Shown one piece after another: positions 1 to 17,500 of a stretch of DNA of 64,000 nt. Made by a program: the position numbers and the translations under genes. This DNA comes from Mobula hypostoma (taxonomy: Eukaryota), in assembly GCF_963921235.1 (NCBI RefSeq), contig NC_086097.1, positions 138,138,001 through 138,202,000 on the forward strand, written 5' to 3'. Position 1 is the first letter of the stretch. Each line of letters opens with the position of its first letter. The notes below the pieces were generated by a model, which was not told the origin of the DNA, did no database searches, and worked only from the letters and a program-made list of their open reading frames with translations.

Positions 1-3000
1 TCACTGACACTTACTGTACACAGATACTTCATTGACACAGACAGCACACAGACAGACACTTCACTGACACTGACTGCACACAGACACTTCACTGACACAG
101 ACTGTACACAGACAGACACTTCACTGACACAGACACTTCACTGACACAGACTGCACACAGACCGATACTTCACTGACACTGACTGTACACAGACAGTTCA
201 CTGACACTGACTGTACACAGACACTTCACTGACACTGACTGCACACAGCTATTTCACTGACACAGACTGTACACAGACAGACACTTCATTGAAAACTGAC
301 CGTACACAGACAGACACTTCACTGACACAGACACTTCACTGACACAGACTGCACACGGACCGATACTTCACTGACACTGACTGTACACAGACAGTTCACT
401 GACACTGACTGTACACAGACACTTCACTGACACTGACTGAACACAGACACTTCACTGACACTGGCTGTACACAGGCAGACATTTCACTGACACTGACTGC
501 ACACAGACAACACTTCACTGACACAGAGTGTACACAGACAGACTCTTCACTGACACTGACTGTACACAGATACTTCACTGAAACAGACCGCACACAGACA
601 GACACTTCACTTACACTGACTGTACACAGACACTTCACCGACACTGACTGAACACAGACACTTCACTGACACTGGCTGTACACAGACAGACTCTTCACTG
701 ACACTGACTGTACACAGATACTTCACTGAAACAGACCGCACACAGACAGACACTTCACTTACACAGACTGTACACAGACACTTCACTGACACTGACTGAA
801 CACAGACACTTCACTGACACTGGCTGTACACAGACAGACTCTTCACTGACACTGACTGTACACAGATACTTCACTGAAACAGACCGCACACAGACAGACA
901 CTTCACTTACACTGACTGTACACAGACAGACACTTCACTGACACAGACTGTACACAGACACCTCACTGACACTGTCTGTACACAGACAGACACTTCACTG
1001 ACACAGATGTACACAGACAGACACTTCACAGACACTGACCGCACACAGACACTTCACTGACACAGACTGTATACAGACAGACACTTCATTGACACTGACT
1101 GTACACAGACACTTCACTGACACAGACTGTACACAGACAGACACTTCACTGACACCGACAGCACACAGAAAGACACTTCACTGACACTGACTGTACACAG
1201 ACAGTCACTTCACTGACACTGACTCTGCACAGACAGACACTTCACTGACACTGACTGTACACAGACACTTCACTGACACAGACTGCACACACACAGACAT
1301 TTCACTGACACTGACTGTACACTGACAGACACTTCACTGACACAGACTGTACACAGTTCACTGACACTGACTGTACACAGACACTTCACTGACACTTACT
1401 GTACACAGATACTTCATTGACACAGACAGCACACAGACAGACACTTCACTGACACTGACTGCACACAGACACTTCACTGACACAGACTGTACACAGACAG
1501 ACACTTCACTGACACAGACTGCACACAGACCGATACTTCACTGACACTGACTGTACACAGACAGTTCACTGACACTGACTGTACACAGACACTTCACTGA
1601 CACTGACTGCACACAGCTATTTCACTGACACAGACTGTACACAGACAGACACTTCATTGAAAACTGACCGTACAGAGACAGACACTTCACCGACACAGAC
1701 TGCACACGGACCGATACTTCACTGACACTGACTGTACACAGACAGTTCACTGACACTGACTGTACACAGACACTTCACTGACACTGACTGAACACAGACA
1801 CTTCACTGACACTGGCTGTACACAGGCAGACATTTCACTGACACTGACTGCACACAGACAGACACTTCACTGACACAGAGTGTACACAGACAGACTCTTC
1901 ACTGACACTGACTGTACACAGATACTTCACTGAAACAGACCGCACACAGACAGACACTTCACTTACACTGACTGTACACAGACACTTCACCGACACTGAC
2001 TGAACACAGACTCTTCACTGACACTGGCTGTACACAGACAGACTCTTCACTGACACTGACTGTACACAGATACTTCACTGAAACAGACCGCACACAGACA
2101 GACACTTCACTTACACAGACTGTACACAGACACTTCACTGACACTGACTGAACACAGACACTTCACTGACACTGGCTGTACACAGACAGACTCTTCACTG
2201 ACACTGACTGTACACAGATACTTCACTGAAACAGACCGCACACAGACAGACACTTCACTTACACTGACTGTACACAGACAGACACTTCACTGACACAGAC
2301 TGTACACAGACACCTCACTGACACTGTCTGTACACAGACAGACACTTCACTGACACAGATGTACACAGACAGACACTTCATTGAAACTGACCGCACACAG
2401 ACACTTCACTGACACAGACTGTATACAGACAGACACTTCATTGACACTGACTGTGCACAGACACTTCACTGACACAGACTGTACACAGACAGACACTTCA
2501 CTGACACCGACAGCACACAGACAGACACTTCACTGACACTGACTGTACACAGACAGTCACTTCACTGACACTGACTCTACACAGACAGACACTTCACTGA
2601 CACTGACTGTACACAGACACTTCACTGACACTGACTACACACAGACATTTCACTGACACTGACTGTACACAGACAGACACCTCACTGACACTGTCTGTAC
2701 ACAGAAACTTCACTGACACTGACCGCACACAGACACTTCACTGACACAGACAGACACTTCACTGACACAGACTGTACACAGACACTTCACTGACACAGAC
2801 TGTGCAAAGACACTTCACTGACACTAACTGTACACAGAAACTTCACTGACACTGACTGAGCACAGACACTTCACTGACACAGACTGTACACAGACAGTCA
2901 CTTCACTGACACAGACTGCATAGAGACACTTCACTGATACTGACTATACACGGACAGACACTTCACTGACACCGACAGCACACAGAAAGACACTTCACTG

Positions 3001-6000
3001 ACACTGACTGTACACAGACAGTCACTTCACTGACACTGACTCTGCACAGACAGACACTTCACTGATACAGACTGTACACAGACAGTTCACTGACACAGAC
3101 TGCACACACACAAACATTTCACTGACACTGACAGACACTTCACTGACACAGACTGTATACAGACACTTCACTGACACTGACTGTACACAGACACTTCACT
3201 GACACTGACTGTACACAGACACTTCACTGACACAGACTGCACACAGACAGACACTTCACTGACACTGACTGTACACAGACACTTCACTGACACTGACTGT
3301 ACACAGACAGACACTTCACTGACACAGACAAACACTTCACTGACACAGACTGCACACAGACACTTCACTGACACTGACTGTACACAGACAGACACTTCAC
3401 TGACACTGACTGTACACAGACACTTCACTGACACTGACTGCACACAGACACTTCACTGACACAGACTGTACACAGACAGACACTTCATTGAAACTGACCG
3501 TACACAGACAGACACTTCACAGACACAGACTGCACACAGACCGATCCTTCAGTGACACTGACTGTACACAGACAGTTCACTGACACTGACTGTACACAGA
3601 CACTTCACTGACACTGACTGAACACAGACACTTCACTGACACTGGCTGTACACAGACAGACATTTCACTGACACTGACTGCACACAGACAGACACTTCAC
3701 TGACACAGAGTGTACACAGACAGACTCTTCACTGACACTGACTGTACACAGATACTTCACTGAAACAGACCGCACACAGACAGACACTTCACTTACACTG
3801 ACTGTACACAGACACTTCACTGACACTGACTGAACACAGACACTTCACTGACACTGACTGTACACAGACAGACACTTCACTGACACTGACTGTACACAGA
3901 CACTTCACTGACACAGACCGCACACAGACAGACACTTCACTGACACAGACTGTACACAGACACTTCACTGACACTGACTGTACACAGACACTTCACTGAC
4001 ACTGACTGTACACAGACAGACACTTCACTGACACACTGACACAGACACTTCACTGACACAGACTGCACACAGACAGACACTTCACTAACACTGACTGTAC
4101 ACAGACAGACACTTCACTGACACAGACTGTGCACAGACACTTCACTGACACTGACTGTACACAGACACTTCACTGACACAGACTGTACACAGAGAGACAC
4201 TTCATTGAAACTGACCGCACACAGACACTTCACTGACACAGACTGTACAAAGACAGACACTTCATTGACACTGACTGTACACAGACACTTCACTGACACA
4301 GACTGTACACAGACAGACACTTCACTGACACCGACAGCACACAGAAAGACACTTCACTGACACTGACTGTACACAGACAGTCACTTCACTGACACTGACT
4401 CTGCACAGACAGACACTTCACTGACACTGACTGTACACAGACACTTCACTGACACTGACTACACACAGACATTTCACTGACACTGACTGTACACAGACAG
4501 ACACCTCACTGACACTGTCTGTACACAGAAACTTCACTGACACTGACCGCACACAGACAATTCAGACACAGACAGATGCTTCACTGATACAGACCACCCA
4601 CAGACACTTCACCGACACAGACTGTACACAGACACTTCACTGACACAGACTGTACACAGACAGACTCTTCACTCACACTGACTGTACACAGACACTTCAC
4701 TGACACAGACTGTACACAGACAGTCACTTCACTGACACAGACTGCATAGAGACACTTCACTGATACTGACTATACACGGACAGACACTTCACTGACACTG
4801 ACTGTACACAGACTTACCCTTCATTGACACTGACTGTACACAGACACTTCACTGACACAGACTGCACACAGACACTTCACTGACACAGATCGTACACAGA
4901 CAGACACTTCACTGACACTGACTGTACACAGACAGACACTTCACTGACACAGACTGCACATAGACACTTCACTGACACTGACTGTACACAGACACTTCAC
5001 TGACACTGACTGTACACAGACAGACACTTCACTGACACAGACTGCACACAGACACTTCACTGACACTGACTGCACACAGACACTTCACTGACACTAACTG
5101 TACACAGACAGACACTTCAACGACAGAATGTGCACAGACACTTCACTGACACTAACTGTACACAGACAGAAACTTCAGTGACACAGACTGTACACAGACA
5201 GTTCACTGACACTGACTGTACACAGACACTTCACTGACACAGACTGTACACAGACACTTCACTGACACAGACTGCACACAGACAGACATTTCACTGACCC
5301 AGACTGTACACAGACACTTCACTGACACAGACTATACACAGACAGTTCATTGACACTGTCTGTACACAGACACTTCCATGACACGGACCGCACACGGTCA
5401 CTTCACAGACACAGACTGTACACAGACAGATGCTTCACTGATACAGACCACCCTTAGACACTTCACTGACACTCACTGTACACAGTCAGACACTTCACTG
5501 ACACTGACTTTACACAGACAGACACTTCACTGACACAGACTGTACACAGACACTTCACTGACACAGACTGTACACAGACAGACTCTTCACTGACACTGAC
5601 TGTACACAGACACTTCATTGACACTGACCGTACACAGACAGACACTTCACTGACACAGACAGCATACAGACATACCCTTCATTGACACTGACTGTACACA
5701 GACACTTCACTGACACTGACCGCACTGACAGAACCTTCAGTGACACTGACTGTACACAGACACTTCACTGACACAGACTGCACAGACAGAAACTTCAGTG
5801 ACACAGACTCTGCACAGACAGTTCACTGACTCTGACTGTACACAGACACTTCACTGACACAGACTGTACACAGACAGTTCACTGACACTGACTGTACACA
5901 GACACTTCACTGACACTGACTGCACACAGACACTTCACTGACACTGACTGTACACAGACAGACACTTCACTGACACTTCATTGACACTGACTGTACACGG

Positions 6001-8500
6001 AGACTTCACTGACACAGACCAAACACAGACAGACACTTCACTTACACTGACTGTACACAGACAGACACTTCACTGACACTGACTCTACACAGACAGCCAC
6101 GTCACAGACACAGACAGTACACAGACACTTCACTGACACTGACTACACACAGACACTTCACTGACACAGACACTTCACTGACACAGACTGCACACGGACC
6201 GATACTTCACTGACACTGACTGTACACAGACAGTTCACTGACACTGACTGTACACAGACACTTCACTGACACTGACTGAACACAGACACTTCACTGACAC
6301 TGGCTGTACACAGGCAGACATTTCACTGACACTGACTGCACACAGACAGACACTTCACTGACACAGAGTGTACACAGACAGACTCTTCACTGACACTGAC
6401 TGTACACAGATACTTCACTGAAACAGACCGCACACAGACAGACACTTCACTTACACTGACTGTACACAGACACTTCACCGACACTGACTGAACACAGACA
6501 CTTCACTGACACTGGCTGTACACAGACAGACTCTTCACTGACACTGACTGTACACAGATACTTCACTGAAACAGACCGCACACAGACAGACACTTCACTT
6601 ACACAGACTGTACACAGACACTTCACTGACACTGACTGAACACAGACACTTCACTGACACTGGCTGTACACAGACAGACTCTTCACTGACACTGACTGTA
6701 CACAGATACTTCACTGAAACAGACCGCACACAGACAGACACTTCACTTACACTGACTGTACACAGACAGACACTTCACTGACACAGACTGTACACAGACA
6801 CCTCACTGACACTGTCTGTACACAGACAGACACTTCACTGACACAGATGTACACAGACAGACACTTCACAGACACTGACCGCACACAGACACTTCACAGA
6901 CACAGACTGTATACAGACAGACACTTCATTGACACTGACTGTACACAGACACTTCACTGACACAGACTGTACACAGACAGACACTTCACTGACACCGACA
7001 GCACACAGAAAGACACTTCACTGACACTGACTGTACACAGACAGTCACTTCACTGACACTGACTCTGCACAGACAGACACTTCACTGACACTGACTGTAC
7101 ACAGACACTTCACTGACACAGACTGCACACACACAGACATTTCACTGACACTGTCTGTACACTGACAGACACTTCACTGACACAGACTGTACACAGTTCA
7201 CTGACACTGACTGTACACAGACACTTCACTGACACTTACTGTACACAGATACTTCATTGACACAGACAGCACACAGACAGACACTTCACTGACACTGACT
7301 GCACACAGACACTTCACTGACACAGACTGTACACAGACAGACACTTCACTGACACAGACACTTCACTGACACAGACTGCACACAGACCGATACTTCACTG
7401 ACACTGACTGTACACAGACAGTTCACTGACACTGACTGTACACAGACACTTCACTGACACTGACTGCACACAGCTATTTCACTGACACAGACTGTACACA
7501 GACAGACTCTTCATTGAAAACTGACCGTACAGAGACAGACACTTCACCGACTCAGACTGCACACGGACCGATACTTCACTGACACTGACTGTACACAGAC
7601 AGTTCACTGACACTGACTGTACACAGACACTTCACTGACACTGACTGAACACAGACACTTCACTGACACTGGCTGTACACAGGCAGACATTTCACTGACA
7701 CTGACTGCACACAGACAGACACTTCACTGACACAGAGTGTACACAGACAGACTCTTCACTGACACTGACTGTACACAGATACTTCACTGAAACAGACCGC
7801 ACACAGACAGACACTTCACTTACACTGACTGTACACAGACACTTCACCGACACTGACTGAACACAGACTCTTCACTGACACTGGCTGTACACAGACAGAC
7901 TCTTCACTGACACTGACTGTACACAGATACTTCACTGAAACAGACCGCACACAGACAGACACTTCACTTACACAGACTGTACACAGACACTTCACTGACA
8001 CTGACTGAACACAGACACTTCACTGACACTGGCTGTACACAGACAGACTCTTCACTGACACTGACTGTACACAGATACTTCACTGAAACAGACCGCACAC
8101 AGACAGACACTTCACTTACACTGACTGTACACAGACAGACACTTCACTGACACAGACTGTACACAGACACCTCACTGACACTGTCTGTACACAGACAGAC
8201 ACTTCACTGACACAGATGTACACAGACAGACACTTCACAGACACTGACCGCACACAGACACTTCACAGACACAGACTGTATACAGACAGACACTTCATTG
8301 ACACTGACTGTACACAGACACTTCACTGACACAGACTGTACACAGACAGACACTTCACTGACACCGACAGCACACAGAAAGACACTTCACTGACACTGAC
8401 TGTACACAGACAGTCACTTCACTGACACTGACTCTGCACAGACAGACACTTCACTGACACTGACTGTACACAGACACTTCACTGACACTGACTACACACA
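1..8500. repeat. About 1.35-1.39 kb higher-order tandem pair, itself duplicated at an offset of about 5.84 kb
   Basis: TCACTGACACTTACTGTACACAGATAC at 1, 1386 and 7226. Matching ORF-track blocks at 607, 1959, 6447 and 7816 (offsets 1352, 1369, 5840, 5857). Ends approximate. Confidence 0.85.
540..905. repeat. 148-bp higher-order unit (5 monomers: 28+28+32+28+32), about 2.5-3 tandem copies
   Basis: Marker AAACAGACCG at 581, 729, 877 (exact 148-bp spacing). The same triplet recurs at 1933/2081/2229, 6421/6569/6717, 7790/7938/8086, 14706/14854/15002 and, with the third marker altered, from 10841. Confidence 0.9.
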
Positions 8501-11500
8501 GACATTTCACTGACACTGACTGTACACAGACACTTCAGACACAGACAGATGCTTCACTGATACAGACCACCCACAGACACTTCACCGACACAGACTGTAC
8601 ACAGACACTTCACTGACACAGACTGTACACAGACAGACTCTTCACTCACACTGACTGTACACAGACACTTCACTGACACAGACTGTACACAGACAGTCAC
8701 TTCACTGACACAGACTGCATAGAGACACTTCACTGATACTGACTATACACGGACAGACACTTCACTGACACTGACTGTACACAGACTTACCCTTCATTGA
8801 CACTGACTGTACACAGACACTTCACTGACACAGACTGCACACAGACACTTCAGTGACACAGATCGTACACAGACAGACACTTCACTGACACTGACTGTAC
8901 ACAGACAGACACTTCATTGACACAGACTGCACACAGGCACTTCACTAACCCTGACTGTACACAGACACTTCACTGACACTGACTGTACACAGACAGACAC
9001 TGCACTGACACAGACTGCACACAGACACTTCACTGACACTGACTACACACAGACACTTCACTGACACTAACTGTACACAGACAGACACTTCAACGACAGA
9101 ATGTGCACAGACACTTCACTGACACTGACTGCACAGACAGAAACATCAGTGACACAGACTGTACACAGACAGTTCACTGACACTGACTGTACACCGACAC
9201 TTCACTGACACTGACTGTACACAGACACTTCAATAACACAGACTGCACACAGACAGACATTTCACTGACCCAGACTGTACACAGACACTTCACTGACACA
9301 GACTATACACAGACAGTTGATTGACACTGTCTGTACACAGACACTTCCATGACACTGACCGCACACGGACACTTCACAGACACAGACTGTACACAGACAG
9401 ATGCTTCACTGATACAGACCACCCTTAGACACTTCACTGACACTCACTGTACACAGTCAGACACTTCACTGACACTGACTTTACACAGACAGACACTTCA
9501 CTGACACAGACTGTACACAGACACTTCACTGACACAGACTGTACACAGACAGACTCTTCACTGACACTGACTGTACACAGACACTTCATTGACACTGACC
9601 GTACACAGACAGACACTTCACTGACACAGACAGCATACAGACATACCCTTCATTGACACTGACTGTACACAGACACTTCACTGACACTGACCGCACTGAC
9701 AGAACCTTCAGTGACACTGACTGTACACAGACACTTCACTGACACAGCCTGCACACAGAAAGAACCTTCAGTGACACAGACTGTACACAGACAGTTCACT
9801 GACACAGACTGTACACAGACACTTCACTGACACTAACTGTACACAGACAGTTCACTAACACTGACTGTACACAGACACTTCACTGACACTGACTGCACAC
9901 AGACGCTTCAGTGACACAGATCGTACACAGACAGACACTTCACTGACACTTCATTGACACTGACTGTACACGGAGACTTCACTGACACAGACCAAACACA
10001 GACAGACACTTCACTTACACTGACTGTACACAGACAGTCACTTCACTGACACTGACTCTACACAGACAGCCACGTCACAGACACAGACAGTACACAGACA
10101 CTTCACTGACACTGACTACACACAGACATTTCACTGACACTGACCGCCCACAGACACTTCACTGACACTAACTCTACACAGACAGACACTTCACTGACAG
10201 ACTGTAAACAAACACTTCACTGACACTGACTGCACGGACAGAAACTTCAGTGACACAAACTGTACACAGACTGTTCACTGACACAGACTGAACACAAACA
10301 CTTCACTGACACAGACTGTACAGACACTTCACAGACACAGACTGTACACAGACACTTCACAGACACAGACTGCACACAGACAGACATTTTACTGACAATG
10401 ACTGTACACCGACAGACACTTCACTGACACAGACTGCACCCAGACAGACACTGCACTGACAGAGACTGCACAGACAGACACTTCACTGACACTGACTGTA
10501 CATAGACAGAAACTTCAGTGACACAGACTGTATACAGACATTTCACTGACACTGACTATACACAGACAGAAACTTCAGTGGTACAGACTGTACACAGATA
10601 CTTCACTGACACAGACTGTACACAGACACTTCACTGACACTGACTGCATACAGACACTTTACTGACACAGACTGTACACAGACACTTCACTGACACAGAC
10701 TGTACACAGACACTTCATTGACACAGACTGTACACAGACACTTCATTGACACTGACTTCACACAGACAGACACTTCACTGACACAGAGTGTACACAGACA
10801 GACTCTTCACTGACACTGACTGTACACAGATACTTCACTGAAACAGACCGCACACAGACAGACACTTCACTTACACTGACTGTACACAGACACTTCACCG
10901 ACACTGACTGAACACAGACACTTCACTGACACTGGCTGTACACAGACAGACTCTTCACTGACACTGACTGTACACAGATACTTCACTGAAACAGACCGCA
11001 CACAGACAGACACTTCACTTACACAGACTGTACACAGACACTTCACTGACACTGACTGAACACAGACACTTCACTGACACTGGCTGTACACAGACAGACT
11101 CTTCACTGACACTGACTGTACACAGATACTTCACTGACACAGACCGCACACAGACAGACACTTCACTTACACTGACTGTACACAGACAGACACTTCACTG
11201 ACACAGACTGTACACAGACACCTCACTGACACTGTCTGTACACAGACAGACACTTCACTGACACAGATGTACACAGACAGACACTTCACAGACACTGACC
11301 GCACACAGACACTTCACAGACACAGACTGTATACAGACAGACACTTCATTGACACTGACTGTACACAGACACTTCACTGACACAGACTGAACACAGACAG
11401 ACACTTCACTGACACCGACAGCACACAGAAAGACACTTCACTGACACTGACTGTACACAGACAGTCACTTCACTGACACTGACTCTACACAGACAGACAC

Positions 11501-14500
11501 TTCACTGACACTGACTGTACACAGACACTTCACTGACACTGACTACACACAGACATTTCACTGACACTGACTGTACACAGACAGACACCTCACTGACACT
11601 GTCTGTACACAGAAACTTCACTGACACTGACCGCACACAGACACTTCACAGACACAGACAGATGCTTCACTGATACAGACCACCCACAGACACTTCACTG
11701 ACACTGACTGTACACAGACAGACACTTCACCGACACAGACTGTACACAGACACTTCACTGACACAGACTGTACACAGACAGACTCTTCACTGACACTGAC
11801 TGTACACAGACACTTCACTGACACAGACTGTACACAGACAGTCACTTCACTGACACAGACTGCATAGAGACACTTCACTGATACTGACTGTACACAGACA
11901 GACACTTCACTGACACTGACTGTACACAGACTTACCCTTCATTGACACTGACTGTACACAGACACTTCACTGACACAGACTGCACACAGACACTTCAGTG
12001 ACACAGATCGTACACAGACAGACACTTCACTGACACTGACTGTACACAGACAGACACTTCATTGACACAGACTGCACACAGGCACTTCACTAACCCTGAC
12101 TGTACACAGACACTTCACTGACACTGACTGTACACAGACAGACACTGCACTGACACAGACTGCACACAGACACTTCACTGACACTGACTACACACAGACA
12201 CTTCACTGACACTAACTGTACACAGACAGACACTTCAACGACAGAATGTGCACAGACACTTCACTGACACTGACTGTACACAGACAGAAACTTCAGTGAC
12301 ACAGACTGTACACAGACAGTTCACTGACACTGACTGTACACCGACACTTCACTGACACTGACTGTACACAGAAACTTCAATAACACAGACTGCACACAGA
12401 CAGACATTTCACTGACCCAGACTGTACACAGACACTTCACTGACACAGACTATACACAGACAGTTCATTGACACTGTCTGTACACAGACACTTCACTGAC
12501 ACTGACCGCACACGGACACTTCACAGACACAGACTGTACACAGACAGATGCTTCACTGATACAGACCACCCTTAGACACTTCACTGACACTCACTGTACA
12601 CAGTCAGACACTTCACTGACACTGACTTTACACAGACAGACACTTCACTGACACAGACTGTACACAGACACTTCACTGACACAGACTGTACACAGACAGA
12701 CTCTTCACTGACACTGACTGTACACAGACACGTCATTGACACTGACCGTACACAGACAGACACTTCACTGACACAGACAGCATACAGACATACCCTTCAT
12801 TGACACTGACTGTACACAGACACTTCACTGACACTGACCGCACTGACAGAACCTTCAGTGACACTGACTGTACACAGACACTTCACTGACACAGCCTGCA
12901 CACAGAAAGAACCTTCAGTGACACAGACTGTACACAGACAGTTCACTGACACAGACTGTACACAGACACTTCACTGACACTAACTGTACACAGACAGTTC
13001 ACTAACACTGACTGTACACAGACACTTCACTGACACTGACTGCACACAGACGCTTCAGTGACACAGATCGTACACAGACAGACACTTCACTGACACTTCA
13101 TTGACACTGACTGTACACAGAGACTTCACTGACACAGACCAAACACAGACAGACACTTCACTTACACTGACTGTACACAGACAGACACTTCACTGACACT
13201 GACTCTACACAGACAGCCACTTCACAGACACAGACAGAACACAGACACTTCACTGACACTGACTACACACAGACATTTCACTGACACTGACCGCCCACAG
13301 ACACTTCACTGACACTAACTCTACACAGACAGACACTTCACTGACAGACTGTGAACAAACACTTCACTGACACTGACTGCACGGACAGAAACTTCAGTGA
13401 CACAAACTGTACACAGACTGTTCACTGACACAGACTGAACACAAACACTTCACTGACACAGACTGTACAGACACTTCACAGACACAGACTGTACACAGAC
13501 ACTTCACAGACACAGACTGCACACAGACAGACATTTTACTGACAATGACTGTACACCGACAGACACTTCACTGACACAGACTGCACCCAGACAGACACTG
13601 CACTGACAGAGACTGCACAGACAGACACTTCACTGACACTGACTGTACATAGACAGAAACTTCAGTGACACAGACTGTATACAGACATTTCACTGACACT
13701 GACTATACACAGACAGAAACTTCAGTGGTACAGACTGTACACAGATACTTCACTGACACAGACTGTACACAGACACTTCACTGACACTGACTGCATACAG
13801 ACACTTCACTGACACAGACTGTACACAGACACTTCACTGACACAGACTGTACACAGACACTTCACTGACACAGACTGTACACAGACAGACACTTCATTGA
13901 CACTGACCGTACACAGACAGACACTTCACTGACACTGACTGTACACAGACAGACACTTCACAGTCACTGACTGTACACAGACACTTCACTGACACAGACT
14001 GCACACAGACAGACATTTCACTGACACTGACTGTACACCGACAGACACTTCACTGACACAGACTGTACACAGACACTTCACTGACACAGACTGTACACAG
14101 ACAGTTCACTGACACTGACTGTACACAGACACTTCAGTGACACTGACTGTACACAGACACTTCACTGACACTGACTGCACACAGACAGACACTTCACTGA
14201 CACAGACTGTAGACAGACAGACTCTTCACTGACACTGACTGTACACAGACACTTCACTGACACAGACCGCACACAGACAGACACTTCACTTACACTGACT
14301 GTACACAGACACTTCACCGACACTGACTGAACACAGACACTTCACTGACACTGGCTGTACACAGACAGACTCTTCACTGACACTGACTGTACACAGACAG
14401 ACACTTCACAGTCACTGACTGTACACAGACACTTCACTGACACTGACTGCACACAGACAGACATTTCACTGACACTGACTGTACACCGACAGACACTTCA

Positions 14501-17500
14501 CTGACAAAGACTGTACACAGACACTTCACTGACACAGACTGTACAGACAGTTCACTGACACTGTCTGTACACAGACACTTCAGTGACACTGACTGTACAC
14601 AGACACTTCACTGACACTGACTGCACACAGACAGACACTTCACTGACACAGAGTGTACACAGACAGACTCTTCACTGACACTGACTGTACACAGATACTT
14701 CACTGAAACAGACCGCACACAGACAGACACTTCACTTACACTGACTGTACACAGACACTTCACCGACACTGACTGAACACAGACACTTCACTGACACTGG
14801 CTGTACACAGACAGACTCTTCACTGACACTGACTGTACACAGATACTTCACTGAAACAGACCGCACACAGACAGACACTTCACTTACACAGACTGTACAC
14901 AGACACTTCACTGACACTGACTGAACACAGACACTTCACTGACACTGGCTGTACACAGACAGACTCTTCACTGACACTGACTGTACACAGATACTTCACT
15001 GAAACAGACCGCACACAGACAGACACTTCACTTACACTGACTGTACACAGACAGACACTTCACTGACACAGACTGTACACAGACACGTCACTGACACTGT
15101 CTGTACACAGACAGACACTTCACTGACACAGATGTACACAGACAGACACTTCACAGACACTGACCGCACACAGACACTTCACTGACACAGACTGTATACA
15201 GACAGACACTTCATTGACACTGACTGTACACAGACACTTCACTGACACAGACTGTACACAGACAGACACTTCACTGACACCGACAGCACACAGAAAGACA
15301 CTTCACTGACACTGACTGTACACAGACAGTCACTTCACTGACACTGACTCTACACAGACAGACACTTCACTGACACTGACTGTACACAGACACTTCACTG
15401 ACACTGACTGTACACAGACATTTCACTGACACTGACTGTACACAGACAGACACCTCACTGACACTGTCTGTACACAGAAACTTCACTGACACTGACCGCA
15501 CACAGACACTTCACAGACACAGACAGATGCTTCACTGATACAGACCACCCACAGACACTTCACTGACACTGACTGTACACAGACAGACACTTCACTGACA
15601 CAGACTGTACACAGACACTTCACTGACACAGACTGTACACAGACAGACTCTTCACTGACACTGACTGTACACAGACACTTCACTGACACAGACTGTACAC
15701 AGACAGTCACTTCACTGACACAGACTGCATAGAGACACTTCACTGATACTGACTGTACACGGACAGACACTTCACTGACACTGACTGTACACAGACTTAC
15801 CCTTCATTGACACTGACTGTACACAGACACTTCACTGACACAGACTGCACACAGACACTTCAGTGACACAGATCGTACACAGACAGACACTTCACTGACA
15901 CTGACTGTACACAGACAGACACTTCATTGACACAGACTGCACACAGGCACTTCACTAACCCTGACTGTACACAGACACTTCACTGACACTGACTGTACAC
16001 AGACAGACACTGCACTGACACAGACTGCACACAGACACTTCACTGACACTGACTACACACAGACACTTCACTGACACTAACTGTACACAGACAGACACTT
16101 CAACGACAGAATGTGCACAGACACTTCACTGACACTGACTGCACAGACAGAAACATCAGTGACACAGACTGTACACAGACAGTTCACTGACACTGACTGT
16201 ACACCGACACTTCACTGACACTGACTGTACACAGACACTTCAATAACACAGACTGCACACAGACAGACATTTCACTGACCCAGACTGTACACAGACACTT
16301 CACTGACACAGACTATACACAGACAGTTCATTGACACTGTCTGTACACAGACACTTCACTGACACTGACCGCACACGGACACTTCACAGACACAGACTGT
16401 ACACAGACAGATGCTTCACTGATACAGACCACCCTTAGACACTTCACTGACACTCACTGTACACAGTCAGACACTTCACTGACACTGACTTTACACAGAC
16501 AGACACTTCACTGACACAGACTGTACACAGACACTTCACTGACACAGACTGTACACAGACAGACTCTTCACTGACACTGACTGTACACAGACACGTCATT
16601 GACACTGACCGTACACAGACAGACACTTCACTGACACAGACAGCATACAGACATACCCTTCATTGACACTGACTGTACACAGACACTTCACTGACACTGA
16701 CCGCACTGACAGAACCTTCAGTGACACTGACTGTACACAGACACTTCACTGACACAGCCTGCACACAGAAAGAACCTTCAGTGACACAGACTGTACACAG
16801 ACAGTTCACTGACACAGACTGTACACAGACACTTCACTGACACTAACTGTACACAGACAGTTCACTAACACTGACTGTACACAGACACTTCACTGACACT
16901 GACTGCACACAGACACTTCAGTGACACAGATCGTACACAGACAGACACTTCACTGACACATCATTGACACTGACTGTACACAGAGACTTCACTGACACAG
17001 ACCAAACACAGACAGACACTTCACTTACACTGACTGTACACAGACAGACACTTCACTGACACTGACTCTACACAGACAGCCACTTCACAGACACAGACAG
17101 TACACAGACACTTCACTGACACTGACTACACACAGACATTTCACTGACACTGACCGCCCACAGACACTTCACTGACACTATCTCTACACAGACAGACACT
17201 TCACTGACAGACTGTGAACAAACACTTCACTGACACTGACTGCACGGTCAGAAACTTCAGTGACACAAACTGTACACAGACTGTTCACTGACACAGACTG
17301 AACACAAACACTTCACTGACACAGACTGTACAGACACTTCACAGACACAGACTGTACACAGACACTTCACAGACACAGACTGCACACAGACAGACATTTT
17401 ACTGACAATGACTGTACACCGACAGACACTTCACTGACACAGACTGCACCCAGACAGACACTGCACTGACAGAGACTGCACAGACAGACACTTCACTGAC

